DNA from: an uncultured Chloroflexia bacterium
GTDB lineage: Bacteria > Chloroflexota > Limnocylindria > QHBO01
Length of the DNA: 64,000 nucleotides
Direction: 5' to 3'
NCBI GenBank assembly: GCA_963777045.1
Contig: CAVZPD010000009.1
Location: forward strand, 139,583 to 203,582
The notes beneath the pieces are model-generated. The model was not told the DNA's origin. It did no database searches and was given only the letters and a program-made list of their open reading frames with translations. A program made the position numbers and the translations under genes. Below are positions 63,427-64,000 of this stretch, in pieces (the stretch's first letter is position 1; every line of letters begins with the position of its first letter).

Positions 63427-64000
63427 ATGACCTACCGATACGCTCCTCGCGTGGGCGCCCTGCTGGTCGCAGCTGCGATCGGCCTGGCGGCATGCGGCGG
63501 AGGAACGGAGACCTCGAGCCCCGGCGGGGCGTCGGCGGAGGCGAGTGGGACGGAGTCGATGGAGGCATCGGCGGCAGCTTCGGTTGCCGAGTCGATGGAG
63601 GCGTCGGCGGCCCCGTCGATTCCCTCTCTCGACCTGGGTGGAGCAGCGGGGGATATCAGCAACCTGACCAGCTATCAGCTCGACATCTCGGTCGAGGGTG
63701 GTGGCTCGTCCGGGACCCAGTCGATGACCATCATGGCGACCCACGACCCGGTGGACGCGACGCACTACGTCATGGATGACTTCGAGCTGATCACGATCGA
63801 CGGCCAGGGCGCGTGGATCAAGCAGGGTGGCACCTGGATCTCCGCGCCCGGCGGCGCCGACAGCTTCACGGGCCTCTTCGACGCACTGGCGCCGGACACC
63901 CTGATCTCCGCCTACTCGCTTGGGTTGTACGGCAACCAGTTCGTGGATGCCGGTAACGAACAGCACAACGGGGTGGACACCAAGCACTACCACCTCGACG
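63427..64000 (+). CDS. lipoprotein (partial; continues beyond the window end)
   Basis: The open frame from ATG ~63427 encodes MTYRYAPRVGALLVAAAIGLAACGGG (lipobox), then ESMEASAAASVAESMEASAAPS repeats, with no stop before nt 64000. It is not listed in the track because it lacks a stop. Confidence 0.5.
   Translation, partial: MTYRYAPRVGALLVAAAIGLAACGGGTETSSPGGASAEASGTESMEASAAASVAESMEASAAPSIPSLDLGGAAGDISNLTSYQLDISVEGGGSSGTQSMTIMATHDPVDATHYVMDDFELITIDGQGAWIKQGGTWISAPGGADSFTGLFDALAPDTLISAYSLGLYGNQFVDAGNEQHNGVDTKHYHLD

Overview
High-GC (~70%) bacterial chromosomal window, probably actinobacterial-like (inference from GC, Tat/lipoprotein signals and gene families). Coding is dense on both strands, and most of the long antisense ORFs are GC artefacts.

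Main contents, in order:

- (i) A small metabolic cluster: a class II aldolase-family gene, then an aminotransferase translationally coupled to a transketolase-family gene, with a divergent IscA/HesB Fe-S protein and a GbsR/MarR-like regulator.
- (ii) A five-gene minus-strand operon: HxlR regulator, GAF/fRMsr protein, ECF sigma factor, a membrane Rieske-domain protein in the anti-sigma position, and an O-acetyltransferase.
- (iii) A complete System I cytochrome c maturation operon, ccmABCDEFGH plus a TPR CcmI-like gene, 11252-17932.
- (iv) A contiguous phosphate regulon block on the minus strand, pstS-pstC-pstA-pstB-phoU-phoP-phoR, 24862 down to 18455. An 11-nt-periodic candidate Pho-box array lies upstream of pstS. 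Next to it are a PiT phosphate transporter with a DUF47 partner, a secreted PhoX-like protein and a GH2 lipoprotein.
- (v) pckA, a GH3 NagZ-like Tat lipoprotein, an ArsC/LMW-PTP-family gene and a DinB-family gene.
- (vi) A 2362-aa secreted multidomain protein that carries a calcineurin-like metallophosphoesterase domain.
- (vii) A tRNA-Lys(UUU) gene followed by two tandem integrated elements. The first is ~10.9 kb with a tyrosine integrase, a LuxR-like regulator, a 1308-aa FtsX permease, an ABC ATPase, a replication-relaxation-like protein and a low-GC cargo patch. The second is a ~2.5 kb integrase-less satellite carrying an Xis-like gene and an ECF sigma/anti-sigma pair. Both are bounded by direct repeats of the 5' half of the tRNA.
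- (viii) Chromosomal flank: a P-loop ATPase, a GNAT-family gene, an eRF1-like (baeRF) protein, proline dehydrogenase and a LitR/CarH-like MerR-B12 regulator divergent from an ECF sigma.

All calls rest on reading the six-frame translations and the raw sequence. No database searches were run, and coordinates that depend on my hand-reading of the sequence may be off by a few nucleotides.
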